Positions 47,112-56,761 are shown, numbered from the stretch's first letter. The stretch is DNA of 64,000 bases from Bacteroidales bacterium (GCA_045639585.1 JAZUDJ010000109.1:8378-72377), one strand, 5' to 3'. Notes: a model not told the origin generated them from the sequence alone. Numbers and translations: made by a program.

Positions 47112-50100
47112 ATGATCAACAAGAATTCCATAGAGTACGATTCGCTGACTGGTTTATACAGCCGGTGGAAGATTCGTATGGCCTTGCAGGAAATTATCGA
47201 TTCTGGAGAAAATCGTGTCCTTACTTACCTCGATGTCGATAATTTCAAAGAAATCAATGCAAAATTTGGAAATGAGAAAGGTGATGCTGCACTCATCGCT
47301 ATCGGCCAGGCATTGACCAGGACTTATCCGGAGATGATGATCGGTCACTTGTCTGCAGATGAGTTCGCGATCATCATCGATGCAAGCAGATATTCGCGTA
47401 ACGACATGAATAATTTGACGCGTAGTCTGTTTAAGAACCTCCATGAGATTCATGTAGAGGGAATGGATGGTTACCGTTTCACATTCTCCATATCAGCAGT
47501 ATTCATTGTTCCTGAGCATCATACACATCCTGATCTTGTAATCCGTGAAGCCCATGAGCTCCACAAGATTTCAAAGAAGCACGAAGGCAATTACCTTAGT
47601 ACACTTAATGGAATGATTCCTGATGTAGAAGGTGCCTTCCAGATTCTCCGTGAGGACCGTAAGATATATAATGAGATCAATAATCATCTTTTTGATACCA
47701 TTAACGAGCAGTCATGGCTTGCCAACCTTGAAGAAGGTGCTATCCTCAAGGAGAAGATGTATCATCGTAATCAGTCACAGTTGGAAGACATCTATGAGTT
47801 TTATCGTGGTACTAATCTTCCTGATTCTGAGTACGAAATGCTCTTTGTTGAGATAATGACCGATGCAGATTCGCTCGATGCTTTTTTGCGTTGTAATCTG
47901 ATTGAGAGTATACTCTTGCCTTATTATGAGAAGCAAGATCTTTCTGACCCTCGTATCTGCTCTTATCTTGGACATCTATATCTGCTTCTCGCTCATAGCC
48001 TCCTTTCTGTAGTTCGAATGGGCGATGATACTCAGAGCTCTCGTGTCTTTGACTGTATGAAGAGAGCTTATCAGCTTTGTAAGAATTTCCCTCATGACAG
48101 CATTCAGTTTGAACCTGCATACTATGCTCTTTGCGGAATGGTAGGACACTATGAGAGTGTCAGCTTGCAGCTTTTCCCTAAAGAAGAGTGCGATTTCTGT
48201 TATGAGCAACTGCGAGAACTTACTTTGGGAGCAGATCCTTTTATCGTCCCAGAGAAGAAGGTCTATCGTTTCTTTGAAACTGTCGTCAAGAACGCTTTAT
48301 TATATCCTATCTTCCGAGTCTGCTTCCTTAAAATGAAGGGAGAAGATATCTCTGCAGAGGAGAAGATCGAGATGTCGGAACGAATTGCCTATATCCGTCA
48401 GCACCAGAACGGTGGTTGTTTTGATATGGTGGTAAACGACCCAGAACTTTGTCGTTTCTCTATCTATCTGCAGCAAGTGATGCTGGAAGACCTTGATAAT
48501 AATGAGTTGCTTGAAGGTCTTTTGAAAGGACTTCAATCTATTCGTGCCATGGAATATGGCCGACTGAGTGAATCAAATCTCATCATTGTCTCGTATCTAT
48601 TCTTGGCAACGTCAAAAGTCGTTTTGAATGTCGATCTACCTCATGAAGAAAAGTTGGAGATCAGCTGTAGAGGTCTTAACTTCCTTCTCGACATCCTTCG
48701 CAGCCGAGAGTCCTTGGCTTCTGACCATCAGCTGCTTCTGCTCGTACGCATCATGATCAATTCCATGATGAGTTCACCTGTCTTGTCTCCGCTTGACAAG
48801 TTCTATTACCTTGAGCAGATCATGGCAGCCATCTCTCTTGACGCGTACAGTCACTCCATGGCTCTCAGCAACTACGCTCATGTGATCCTGGCCAACATCA
48901 TCGACCATTATCCTCAGTTACTTGTAGGAGAGGATCGTGTCTATTCTACCATTGAAGAGGCACAGGCCAACCGTGAGCCATTGTTGCAATTCATGGATTA
49001 TGTCTGCCGACTGCATGATATCGGTAAGCTTTCTCTTATTCCTGTTACGAGCAATGCTTTCCGACGTCTTTCTGACCAGGAGTTCACTCTGATCAAGAAA
49101 CATACAGAATTCGGCAAGCAGATCCTGAGTCTCGATTCCAGATATTCCTTGTTTATTCCGATTGTCTATCATCATCATCGCTGGTATAATGAGGAAAAGG
49201 GTTATCCGTATATTCCAGAAAACGAGCATAACTATAAGCTAAAGGTACTTACCGATATTCTTAGCATCTGCGACTCGATTGAAGCTGCTACCAGTCGCGT
49301 CGGTCGTAACTATCGTCGTGCTAAGTCGTTCCTTCAGATCTTGGATGAACTGCTTTCTGATGCCGGCAGCCGATATAGCCATGAGATCATCAATAGTATC
49401 ATCGGTAATACTGAGACCTATCTCCAGATTCGCGCTATTGTAGATATACGTTGGAAAAGTCTCTATAGATCTATCTTCAAGAGTGTCAGGCTCAATCAGA
49501 ACGTTGAATACATGCATACTCAGGGAGAATTGCCTGATATCTTTGCCTATTCTAAGAAGAAGCTCGATGCCGAGTCGCTTGCAATACAGCAGGAAGGGCT
49601 TGTGATGCCAGAGTTTGTCAAGCAGATGGACAAGGAAACACTCGACATTCTTTTGATGGGTATGATGCATCAGAACAGGCTTTCTGTCATGCGTCATAAT
49701 TCGCTGATGTTCTTTTATAATGTAGCTCAGGATAGCATGTATTACCTTATGTGCGATGCTGATGGCAATCTTAAGCATTCGGTAGCTGCAAATTATTCTA
49801 TATCACCTCAGTATGCATATATTTCACGCGAAGGATATGAGAAAGCCATGCGAATCATTAAGCTCGTCATCGAAGATCCTGATTATCCGAAGGAAGGTCA
49901 GGAAACGATCGAATATATTAATAAGTCAAAGTGCTTGCTAACTCATTATACATCTGTCTGTGACGTTAATGGTAAGGTGAAGAGTGTTGTTGGTCATCTG
50001 GAAGACATCAATACTTCAAAAGAAAAGATGCTTCGTACGATTGACCGACAAAACCGTTACAACCAGATTACCGAGTCTTTAAGCAGGATGTTCGAGATCG

Positions 50101-50963
50101 TAGTCTATACCGATGTAGAACTCAAGAATCTCGAACTTATCAAAGCGTCCTCTACGGTTATGAGTCAGGCGGGTAATCTGACTACTACGACTGATTTTAT
50201 CAATTACACGCTAGATAATCTTGTCGATCCGGAATATATGGATCAGTTCAAGTCATTTATCGATGTCCGTACGCTAGACGAGCGATTAGCTGGTCGTTCA
50301 TATATTTCTCTCGAATACAAGTCTCGCCTTTCTGGTTGGCTCTTTGCCCGTATTATTCCAGTTTCGTTTGATAAAAAGGGTATGGTCACTCACTTCCTCT
50401 TTGCAGCCGAAAGTGCAGACGTTGCTCATAAAGAAAAGGAAGAATTGACAGAACTTGCTAAGAATGATGGTCTGACAGGTCTGCTGAATCGTATTTATGG
50501 AGAGAAATTCATACGAGAAGAGATTGCCAAGGGTGGCGAACAGGTCTTTGCTGTGCTTGATTGCGATCACTTCAAGCATATTAATGACTATCTGAGTCAT
50601 CTTGTCGGAGATGAAGTGCTCCGTCAGCAAGCTACCATCATGCGTCAGGTCTTCGCAGGGTTCAATATCATGCGTCTAGGAGGAGATGAATTCGTCGTTC
50701 ATGCCAATGGTGAGGTTGCCCATCGGTTTATTTATTCGTTCGATGGAGTCAACAATCTTTTCCGTCAGTTTGCAACTAAGATTTCTGAAGTTAAGATCCA
50801 GGAGCTCGAGAACATTGCACCAACCATGAGCTGTGGCGTCGTCTTCTGCACAGGATCAGTTCATCAGGCGACTTTCGATGACTTTTATGCAAAAGCTGAT
50901 AGCGCTCTTAAAGAGAGCAAGAAGAAACGTGGCGGATGTATTACCATCAGAGAGATGAATTAA
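47112..50963 (+). CDS. Multidomain cyclic-di-GMP signalling protein: degenerate GGDEF, helical region, HD-GYP, PAS-like x2, GGDEF
   Basis: N-terminal DSLTGLYSRW, LDVDNFKEINAKFGNEKGD and GHLSADEF (SADEF at 47352-47366). HD-GYP motifs RLHDIGKLS (HD at 49014-49019), HTEFGKQIL and HHHRWYNEEKGYPY. PAC-like VVGHLEDINTSKE. C-terminal NDGLTGLLNR, LDCDHFKHIND and RLGGDEFVV (GGDEF at 50679-50693). No signal peptide or TM segment. Confidence 0.85.
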   Translation: MINKNSIEYDSLTGLYSRWKIRMALQEIIDSGENRVLTYLDVDNFKEINAKFGNEKGDAALIAIGQALTRTYPEMMIGHLSADEFAIIIDASRYSRNDMNNLTRSLFKNLHEIHVEGMDGYRFTFSISAVFIVPEHHTHPDLVIREAHELHKISKKHEGNYLSTLNGMIPDVEGAFQILREDRKIYNEINNHLFDTINEQSWLANLEEGAILKEKMYHRNQSQLEDIYEFYRGTNLPDSEYEMLFVEIMTDADSLDAFLRCNLIESILLPYYEKQDLSDPRICSYLGHLYLLLAHSLLSVVRMGDDTQSSRVFDCMKRAYQLCKNFPHDSIQFEPAYYALCGMVGHYESVSLQLFPKEECDFCYEQLRELTLGADPFIVPEKKVYRFFETVVKNALLYPIFRVCFLKMKGEDISAEEKIEMSERIAYIRQHQNGGCFDMVVNDPELCRFSIYLQQVMLEDLDNNELLEGLLKGLQSIRAMEYGRLSESNLIIVSYLFLATSKVVLNVDLPHEEKLEISCRGLNFLLDILRSRESLASDHQLLLLVRIMINSMMSSPVLSPLDKFYYLEQIMAAISLDAYSHSMALSNYAHVILANIIDHYPQLLVGEDRVYSTIEEAQANREPLLQFMDYVCRLHDIGKLSLIPVTSNAFRRLSDQEFTLIKKHTEFGKQILSLDSRYSLFIPIVYHHHRWYNEEKGYPYIPENEHNYKLKVLTDILSICDSIEAATSRVGRNYRRAKSFLQILDELLSDAGSRYSHEIINSIIGNTETYLQIRAIVDIRWKSLYRSIFKSVRLNQNVEYMHTQGELPDIFAYSKKKLDAESLAIQQEGLVMPEFVKQMDKETLDILLMGMMHQNRLSVMRHNSLMFFYNVAQDSMYYLMCDADGNLKHSVAANYSISPQYAYISREGYEKAMRIIKLVIEDPDYPKEGQETIEYINKSKCLLTHYTSVCDVNGKVKSVVGHLEDINTSKEKMLRTIDRQNRYNQITESLSRMFEIVVYTDVELKNLELIKASSTVMSQAGNLTTTTDFINYTLDNLVDPEYMDQFKSFIDVRTLDERLAGRSYISLEYKSRLSGWLFARIIPVSFDKKGMVTHFLFAAESADVAHKEKEELTELAKNDGLTGLLNRIYGEKFIREEIAKGGEQVFAVLDCDHFKHINDYLSHLVGDEVLRQQATIMRQVFAGFNIMRLGGDEFVVHANGEVAHRFIYSFDGVNNLFRQFATKISEVKIQELENIAPTMSCGVVFCTGSVHQATFDDFYAKADSALKESKKKRGGCITIREMN

Positions 50964-50980
50964 TTCTCTTTTAATAATAT

Positions 50981-51020
50981 ATAAGGTATCGGACGGTTTC
51001 GTTCGATACCTTATTTGTTT
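50981..51020 (+). terminator. Hairpin plus T-rich tail after the GGDEF/HD-GYP gene
   Basis: ataaggtatcg (50981-50991) pairs with cgataccttat (51004-51014), followed by ttgttt. Confidence 0.6.
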
Positions 51021-51186
51021 CATTAAGTTACTGTAGTGATTTCTGTAGTACCTTCCTACATCTCGGAAGGTATCGCACGAATCACTGTGATCCTTTCCTA
51101 CATCTCGGAAGGTACCGTAAGAATCACTGTGATCCCTTCCTATAAGTAAGAAGTTATCGCACGAAACATTGCGATAACTTCTTTTG
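51009..51186. repeat. Tandem 41-42-bp hairpin repeats of the same family as 13319-13528
   Basis: 51051-51091 ccttcctacatctcggaaggtatcgcacgaatcactgtgat. 51092-51133 cctttcctacatctcggaaggtaccgtaagaatcactgtgat. 51134-51175 cccttcctataagtaagaagttatcgcacgaaacattgcgat. A more degenerate unit lies at 51009-51050. Confidence 0.75.
51150..51186. terminator. Perfect 12-bp hairpin inside the last repeat unit
   Basis: gaagttatcgca (51150-51161), loop cgaaacat, then tgcgataacttc (51170-51181) and ttttg. It lies 8 nt from the stop of the convergent transporter gene. Confidence 0.6.
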
Positions 51187-51193
51187 TTCTATA

Positions 51194-52969
51194 TTACATA
51201 AATAAGATCAGTACAAGCTGTGCCATCAGAATGCGCAGGAACATTGAGAGCGGATAGACAGTTGAGTAACCTACTGCTGGAGCATTATTGCCTGCTGAAG
51301 CGTTGGCAAAGGCGAGGGCAGGAGGGTCGGTCGTTGATCCAGCAATGAGTCCCATCAGTGTAAAGTAGTTGACCTTCATCTTGAGCCTTGCATAGATACC
51401 GACAATCAGGATTGGCAACACGGTAATGAGGAAGCCCATCCAGATGTAGTGGATGCCATCGCCTTCGGTGACTGTATCAACGAACTTCGCACCTGCCTGG
51501 ATTCCTACAGAACTTAGGAAAAGAATCAGACCTACCTCACGAAGCAGCAAGTTGGCTGAGGTCGAGGTGTATGAGTTGATCTTATATCGATAACCGAAAG
51601 CTCCGATGAGAATGGCTACGACGAGCGGACCACCAGCGAGACCTAATTTTACTGGGATAGCAACGCCTGGAATAGGGATAGGCAACTGACCAAGTAATAC
51701 ACCGAGTAGGATGCCGAAGAAGATTGCACCTACGTTAGGATGATCAAGATGCTTGATGTCGGCACCAAATAAGTTACGAAGCTGCTCAATGTTCTCCTTA
51801 CGACCAGTTACCAAAAGACGGTCACCGACCATCAGCCGAAGGTCGCGAGCTGCAAAGAGATCTACACCGTTGCGGGTGATGCGTGTAACGTTGACACCGT
51901 AGATAGTAGAGATATGCAGGTCGCCGAGAGTTTTGCCATTGATCTTTGGCTTGGATATAATGATGCGCTCACTGACATAATCTGCGATGCGATCATCTTG
52001 CTGCCACTGGCCACGAGGAATTTCTTCTCCGAGGAGTAAAGCAATAGCTTCTGACTCTGATTCTGCACAGGTCACATGAAGTTCCATACCCATCTGCAAC
52101 TGTGTCTCTCCATTTGGGATGATGACTTCTCCATTCTCGAGGAAACAACGACTGATAACGAACTGACGCTTCAGAAAGTCATGCAATTCCATGAGGTTGC
52201 GGCCTATTACAGCGCTGTTCTTTACCTTGACTGCCATGTGGAAAGCTGCACGGTCGGCATTGTTGCTCTCAGAATCTGCGAGCTCCTTGCGTGTAGCTTC
52301 GATACTTGTCTTGGTGAGGATGCGAATAGCTAAAGTTGCCAGGATGATACCTACTACACCGAGAGGATAAGCACATGCATAGCCATTAGCAATAGCTGGA
52401 GCTGCATCTCCAAGGACTTCAGAAAGTACGCTATTCGCTGCACCGAGACCTGGTGTATTGGTCACTGCTCCGTACATGACACCTACCATCATTGGCAGAT
52501 TGCCATCATGACCATCGATAGGTGAGGCTGTGAGAAGTCCAATGTTTGAACCGAGTACCCAAAGACCCAGCATGACTGCCACGTTGAGTACTACGATAGC
52601 TACGGCCAGCATATTCATCTTGACACCACCGCCACCGCCTTTGAACACTTCGAAAAAACTTGGACCTACCTGAAGTCCTATACAATAGACAAACAGGATC
52701 AATCCTAATTCCTTAACAACATCAATGATTGGCTTCTGATAGGCAACTGCATTAGCAGGGTCAGCATAGAGACCATGAGTGCAGATGTGGCCGACAACAA
52801 TGCCAACGAAGAGAACCCAGGTCACGCCAAATGCAATTCCATTCTTCTGACCACCGATCTTCCACTGACCCAAGCGAATGCCAAGGCTGATGACCAGCGC
52901 GTAGAGAATCATGATATGGGCAATACCCTCTGGATTCTGAAAAAGTTTGATTAACCACTCCATAAACAC
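51194..52969 (-). CDS. YidE/YbjL-family (AAE-type) transporter with two central RCK_C (TrkA-C) domains
   Basis: Two 5-6 TM halves flank two soluble modules (VIGRNLMELHDFLKRQFVISRCFLENGEVIIP and INGKTLGDLHISTIYGVNVTRITRNGVDLF). Confidence 0.85.
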   Translation of the reverse strand: MFMEWLIKLFQNPEGIAHIMILYALVISLGIRLGQWKIGGQKNGIAFGVTWVLFVGIVVGHICTHGLYADPANAVAYQKPIIDVVKELGLILFVYCIGLQVGPSFFEVFKGGGGGVKMNMLAVAIVVLNVAVMLGLWVLGSNIGLLTASPIDGHDGNLPMMVGVMYGAVTNTPGLGAANSVLSEVLGDAAPAIANGYACAYPLGVVGIILATLAIRILTKTSIEATRKELADSESNNADRAAFHMAVKVKNSAVIGRNLMELHDFLKRQFVISRCFLENGEVIIPNGETQLQMGMELHVTCAESESEAIALLLGEEIPRGQWQQDDRIADYVSERIIISKPKINGKTLGDLHISTIYGVNVTRITRNGVDLFAARDLRLMVGDRLLVTGRKENIEQLRNLFGADIKHLDHPNVGAIFFGILLGVLLGQLPIPIPGVAIPVKLGLAGGPLVVAILIGAFGYRYKINSYTSTSANLLLREVGLILFLSSVGIQAGAKFVDTVTEGDGIHYIWMGFLITVLPILIVGIYARLKMKVNYFTLMGLIAGSTTDPPALAFANASAGNNAPAVGYSTVYPLSMFLRILMAQLVLILFM

Positions 52970-52993
52970 TTAGAATAAACTAGAAATCGTTTG

Positions 52994-53001
52994 CAAAATT
53001 A
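52994..53001 (-). promoter_or_regulatory. -7 box TAATTTTG upstream of the transporter
   Basis: The plus strand reads caaaatta, 25 nt upstream of the ATG at 52969. Confidence 0.4.
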
Positions 53002-53076
53002 CAATTCTTTTGCCAAAATGCAAAGATTCCTAATTGATTTACTCCTTATTTATATTATTATAATTGGGGTTTCTAG

Positions 53077-54867
53077 CTATTTGGTTATTGTATTTGCCAA
53101 TTTGTCAATATTCAAGCTACGTGCTGATGCATCGACGATGTCCTTATAGATACCTCCCTTATGATAGAGTCCATCCGGATCACCACTTTCCTCCACTCGA
53201 CCATCCTTGAGTGCATAAACCAGGTCGGAGTCGATGATCTGCGAAATGGAGTGAGAGATAATGATGACAGTACGATTCTGCTTGATGGCATCGATAGAGT
53301 TCTTGATCTGCTCTGTAGCAATAGCGTCAAGCGAAGCTGTTGGTTCATCAAGGAATATAATCGGAGGATTCTTGAGGAACATACGAGCTATGGCTATACG
53401 CTGCTGCTGACCACCAGAGAGCTGAGTCGCCATGGATTTGAATCCATTCGGAAGCTTCTCCACCTGCTCGAGGATGAACGCCTTACGAGCTGCTTCACGC
53501 ACCTCTTCGTCAGTAGCATCAGTACGTCCGTAGCGGATGTTGTCTTCAATAGTTCCGTCGAAGATATGATTCTTCTGCAAGACAAGACCGATGTTGTCGC
53601 GCAAGTATTGAGTATCGTACTCCTGAATGTCTACGCCATCAAGCAGGATGCGTCCTGTCTGTGGCGTGTAGAACTTATCCAAGAGATTGACAATCGTCGA
53701 CTTACCTGCACCTGAGAGTCCTACAAAGGCGGTCACCTGATTAGGTTCTATCTGCATATTGATGTCATGCAGCGCCTTGTTCCCGTTTGGATAAGAGAAG
53801 TCTACGTGCTCAATCTGGAAGCGTCCCTCGATTTTCTCAGGACGATACTTGCCACTTGCCTCAACCTCCTCATCTGCCTCAATGACACTGAAATAGCCTT
53901 CTGCATAGATCAGCGCATCATTGAGCGTGTCGAAGATACGCTGCAGCTGGGTGATAGGTGCGGTGACGTTGGCAAAGAGCATGACGTGATACATGATCTT
54001 ACCGATGGTCATTCCCGGATAGTCGATAAGTACGAGATATGCGGTAAGAATGATGATCAGTACCGTGCCGATTTGCTGGATAAAACGTTTCCAACCATCG
54101 TAATAAAGCATCAGCTTGCGTGTATTGAGCAGATTGTCAGTGAGGCTCGACTGGATGCTCCACTGCTTGTCCGACTCAATCTTCTCTCGGTTGAAAGACT
54201 TGATGACATTGATTGACTCAATGATACCTACGATGCCATGCGACTTCTGTTCGCGATACTGACGCATCTGCTGACGCCAGCCATGCAGGCGTTTGCCCTG
54301 TCGCACTGTGATCCATATATATATAGGTACGATGAAGAGAGCGGTAAGTCCGACAAAGACGTTGGCCGCGAACATCAGGATCAGCGCCAGGATAGCAGAG
54401 GTGAAAAGTGGCAACAGATCGATGAACGTATTCTGCACAGTGGTAGACAGCGAGCTTACACCCTGATCGATACGCGTCTGCAGTCGTCCAGCCTCATTGC
54501 CGCTACGAGAGAAGAAGGCCATGCGGTAGGAGAGGATTCGCTCCACTGCAATCTGTGCGAGGTCCTTGCTTACCTGCACTCGCATACGTTCGCCGTAATA
54601 GTTCTGCGCATAGTTGATGACTACCGACAGCGCCTCTTTAGACAAGAGAATGATGCTAATGACTGTCAGAATATGAGCTGCGTGCGACCATTCAAATCCT
54701 GGTTTTCCGATGAGTTCATTGATGGCATCAACGGTACGGTCGAGCACCAGCGCGTTGACCTGCGCGATACTCGAACCGATGAGTGTTAGTACAAGTGTGG
54801 CCAGTACCAGCCATTTATAAGGCTTGACGAAAGGCCAGAGCTTGCGGAAAAGTTGAATAAGGTTCAT
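53077..54867 (-). CDS. ABC exporter, fused permease and ATPase (MsbA-like)
   Basis: Six N-terminal TM segments. Walker A GLSGAGKST, signature LSGGQQQRIAIARM and Walker B IIFLDEPT. Confidence 0.9.
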   Translation of the reverse strand: MNLIQLFRKLWPFVKPYKWLVLATLVLTLIGSSIAQVNALVLDRTVDAINELIGKPGFEWSHAAHILTVISIILLSKEALSVVINYAQNYYGERMRVQVSKDLAQIAVERILSYRMAFFSRSGNEAGRLQTRIDQGVSSLSTTVQNTFIDLLPLFTSAILALILMFAANVFVGLTALFIVPIYIWITVRQGKRLHGWRQQMRQYREQKSHGIVGIIESINVIKSFNREKIESDKQWSIQSSLTDNLLNTRKLMLYYDGWKRFIQQIGTVLIIILTAYLVLIDYPGMTIGKIMYHVMLFANVTAPITQLQRIFDTLNDALIYAEGYFSVIEADEEVEASGKYRPEKIEGRFQIEHVDFSYPNGNKALHDINMQIEPNQVTAFVGLSGAGKSTIVNLLDKFYTPQTGRILLDGVDIQEYDTQYLRDNIGLVLQKNHIFDGTIEDNIRYGRTDATDEEVREAARKAFILEQVEKLPNGFKSMATQLSGGQQQRIAIARMFLKNPPIIFLDEPTASLDAIATEQIKNSIDAIKQNRTVIIISHSISQIIDSDLVYALKDGRVEESGDPDGLYHKGGIYKDIVDASARSLNIDKLANTITK

Positions 54868-54894
54868 GTGAGAATGATCCTTGTTTGTGAAATA

Positions 54895-56475
54895 TTAAAG
54901 TCCGAAGTGATTTTCATTCCAGAACTGCTGATACATCTCATCCCATCGGAGGAAGGTTGCGCCAGCAAAGTCTGCTGCATAATTGGTAAGCATCTCAGCA
55001 GCAGCAGCTTCTCCCTCAGTCTTGACGAGGGTCTGGTAGTTGTTTTCGATCATAGGAAGCTCGCTGAATGCTTTTGCCTCAAAGTGGTTGCGATACTTCT
55101 CAAGGGTCTTTCGGTTCTCACCCCAGCGGAGAGCTGCAAGCTTGTTGGTGCGACGATAGCGCCAGCAGGCAGCATCCTCACGATAACGGTGATTGCCACA
55201 GATCTTGAAGCTCTCAGGTACGTCGGTAGCACCGCAATAGATTGGGATACGAGGGCTTTGACCAGGATTGTCAATCAAGAACCAGCAGAGGCCACCGATA
55301 GCATCTGGCAACCAGTCACGACACTGGATGACGGTAGAATATGCACATTGAGGTACAGCGATGTTTCGCACGCTCTTTACAAGTGGTTCACGGCCGATAG
55401 GGTTGAGCATGGCAATTTCTTCTGGACGCATCCATGGATTGGCCTTAGGACTGAGGATGGTATCGGTGACTACACCCGTGCGACGATCTTTGACTTCAAC
55501 ATAAAGATTGCGAGTGACGTCGAGCTCAGTACCTTCATAATATGAACGGAGGAGTTCCATCACCTTGGCAGCAGAAACTTTCTGCTCTGGCTTGACTGTG
55601 ACAGGAAGTTCCTCAAGCTCGTCGGTTAATCCGAGGGAAGGAGCGAGGGTCTGGAGGATGAAGAGTTCACGAACAGCGTAAGCCTTCTTGCCGCCACCGT
55701 ATGCTTTCCAGAACTTGAATGTCTCCTTGCCGTCCCAGTATCCGAGTTTCTTCGCTACGTCAAAGACATTGTCTGAAGCCATGTAGTGATCCTTATCCTT
55801 GAGGTTCAATGTACTGATACGTGGGATGTTAGCCGATACACCGATCTGATCATCAGGAATACGAACTGCAGCCCATACGCCACCGATATTATCTGGACCT
55901 TCTCCAAAGATCTCGAAGTGCCAGACCTCCTTAGGATCAGCGATGGTGAGACATTCACCGCTATCGCCGTAACCGTATTTCTTTACGAGATCACCCATCA
56001 ATCGGATTGCCTCACGAGCAGTAGTACAACGCTGCATAGCAACTCGTTGCAACTCTTCAATCATGAACATACCTTTCTTATTGACGAGATCACGACGGCC
56101 AGAGATTGTTGTCTCTCCCATAGCCAACTGCTTTTCGTTCATGCAAGGATATGCTGTATCAAGATATTTATAGGTATGCTTTACCTGAGGAATCTGTCCT
56201 TTGATGGTCATTCCTGTCTGGTCATTAGCAAACTCGGTGTGCATACGTCCGTCGTAAATATTCATGACGGTATCACGCTCATAATCCTCTGCAGGAGCCA
56301 TGGTGACCCAGGTACGATACCAACTGTCGCAAGTATGGCTGGTGATGACCGACCCATCAGTACTTGCCAGTTTTCCTACCATGATACTGGTGCAAGACTC
56401 AGGATCTTTCTCTCTGTTTTGTGCCATGACACTCAGAGAGAGAAACGAAAAAAGTAAAAGAAATGTCTTTTTCAT
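54895..56475 (-). CDS. Peptidase C69-family dipeptidase, secreted
   Basis: The signal peptide MKKTFLLLFSFLSLSVMAQ starts at the in-frame ATG 56475. The nucleophile context CTSIMVGKLASTDGSVITSHTCD is typical of C69. Confidence 0.85.
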   Translation of the reverse strand: MKKTFLLLFSFLSLSVMAQNREKDPESCTSIMVGKLASTDGSVITSHTCDSWYRTWVTMAPAEDYERDTVMNIYDGRMHTEFANDQTGMTIKGQIPQVKHTYKYLDTAYPCMNEKQLAMGETTISGRRDLVNKKGMFMIEELQRVAMQRCTTAREAIRLMGDLVKKYGYGDSGECLTIADPKEVWHFEIFGEGPDNIGGVWAAVRIPDDQIGVSANIPRISTLNLKDKDHYMASDNVFDVAKKLGYWDGKETFKFWKAYGGGKKAYAVRELFILQTLAPSLGLTDELEELPVTVKPEQKVSAAKVMELLRSYYEGTELDVTRNLYVEVKDRRTGVVTDTILSPKANPWMRPEEIAMLNPIGREPLVKSVRNIAVPQCAYSTVIQCRDWLPDAIGGLCWFLIDNPGQSPRIPIYCGATDVPESFKICGNHRYREDAACWRYRRTNKLAALRWGENRKTLEKYRNHFEAKAFSELPMIENNYQTLVKTEGEAAAAEMLTNYAADFAGATFLRWDEMYQQFWNENHFGL

Positions 56476-56607
56476 TTTATGATTGTTAAAGATTATTGGC
56501 AAAAAACAAAAACCACCAAAAACCATAAGGTTTATGATGGTTATATTCATTTATAAAAGTGATTCGACGGAATGAATCCGGCGAATGGCCAACAGGCGTT
56601 GGCCCTG

Positions 56608-56681
56608 TGATTCGACGGGGATTCGAACCCCGGACCGACTGCTTAGAAGGCAGTTGCTCTATCCAGCTGAGCTATCGAACC
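56608..56681 (-). tRNA. tRNA-Arg (anticodon TCT)
   Basis: Hand-folded cloverleaf: GGTTCGA TA GCTC AGCTGGATA GAGC A ACTGC CTTCTAA GCAGT CGGTC CGGGG TTCGAAT CCCCG TCGAATC A. 74 nt. Confidence 0.9.
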
Positions 56682-56697
56682 ATCATATTTCTATTAG

Positions 56698-56754
56698 AAA
56701 TCGGGCGCAAAGTTAGGAATTTATTTCGATAATTCCAAATTTTACGCCCGATTT
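56698..56754. terminator. 10-bp outer stem (with a nested 6-bp inner stem) between the htpG stop and tRNA-Arg
   Basis: aaatcgggcg (56698-56707) pairs with cgcccgattt (56745-56754), with an inner ggaatt/aattcc stem. The T-run is on the plus strand only, so its role as the htpG terminator is uncertain. Confidence 0.35.
56708..56715 (-). promoter_or_regulatory. -7 box TAACTTTG upstream of tRNA-Arg
   Basis: The plus strand reads caaagtta, 27 nt upstream of the tRNA 5' end. Confidence 0.4.
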
Positions 56755-56761
56755 TTTTATT

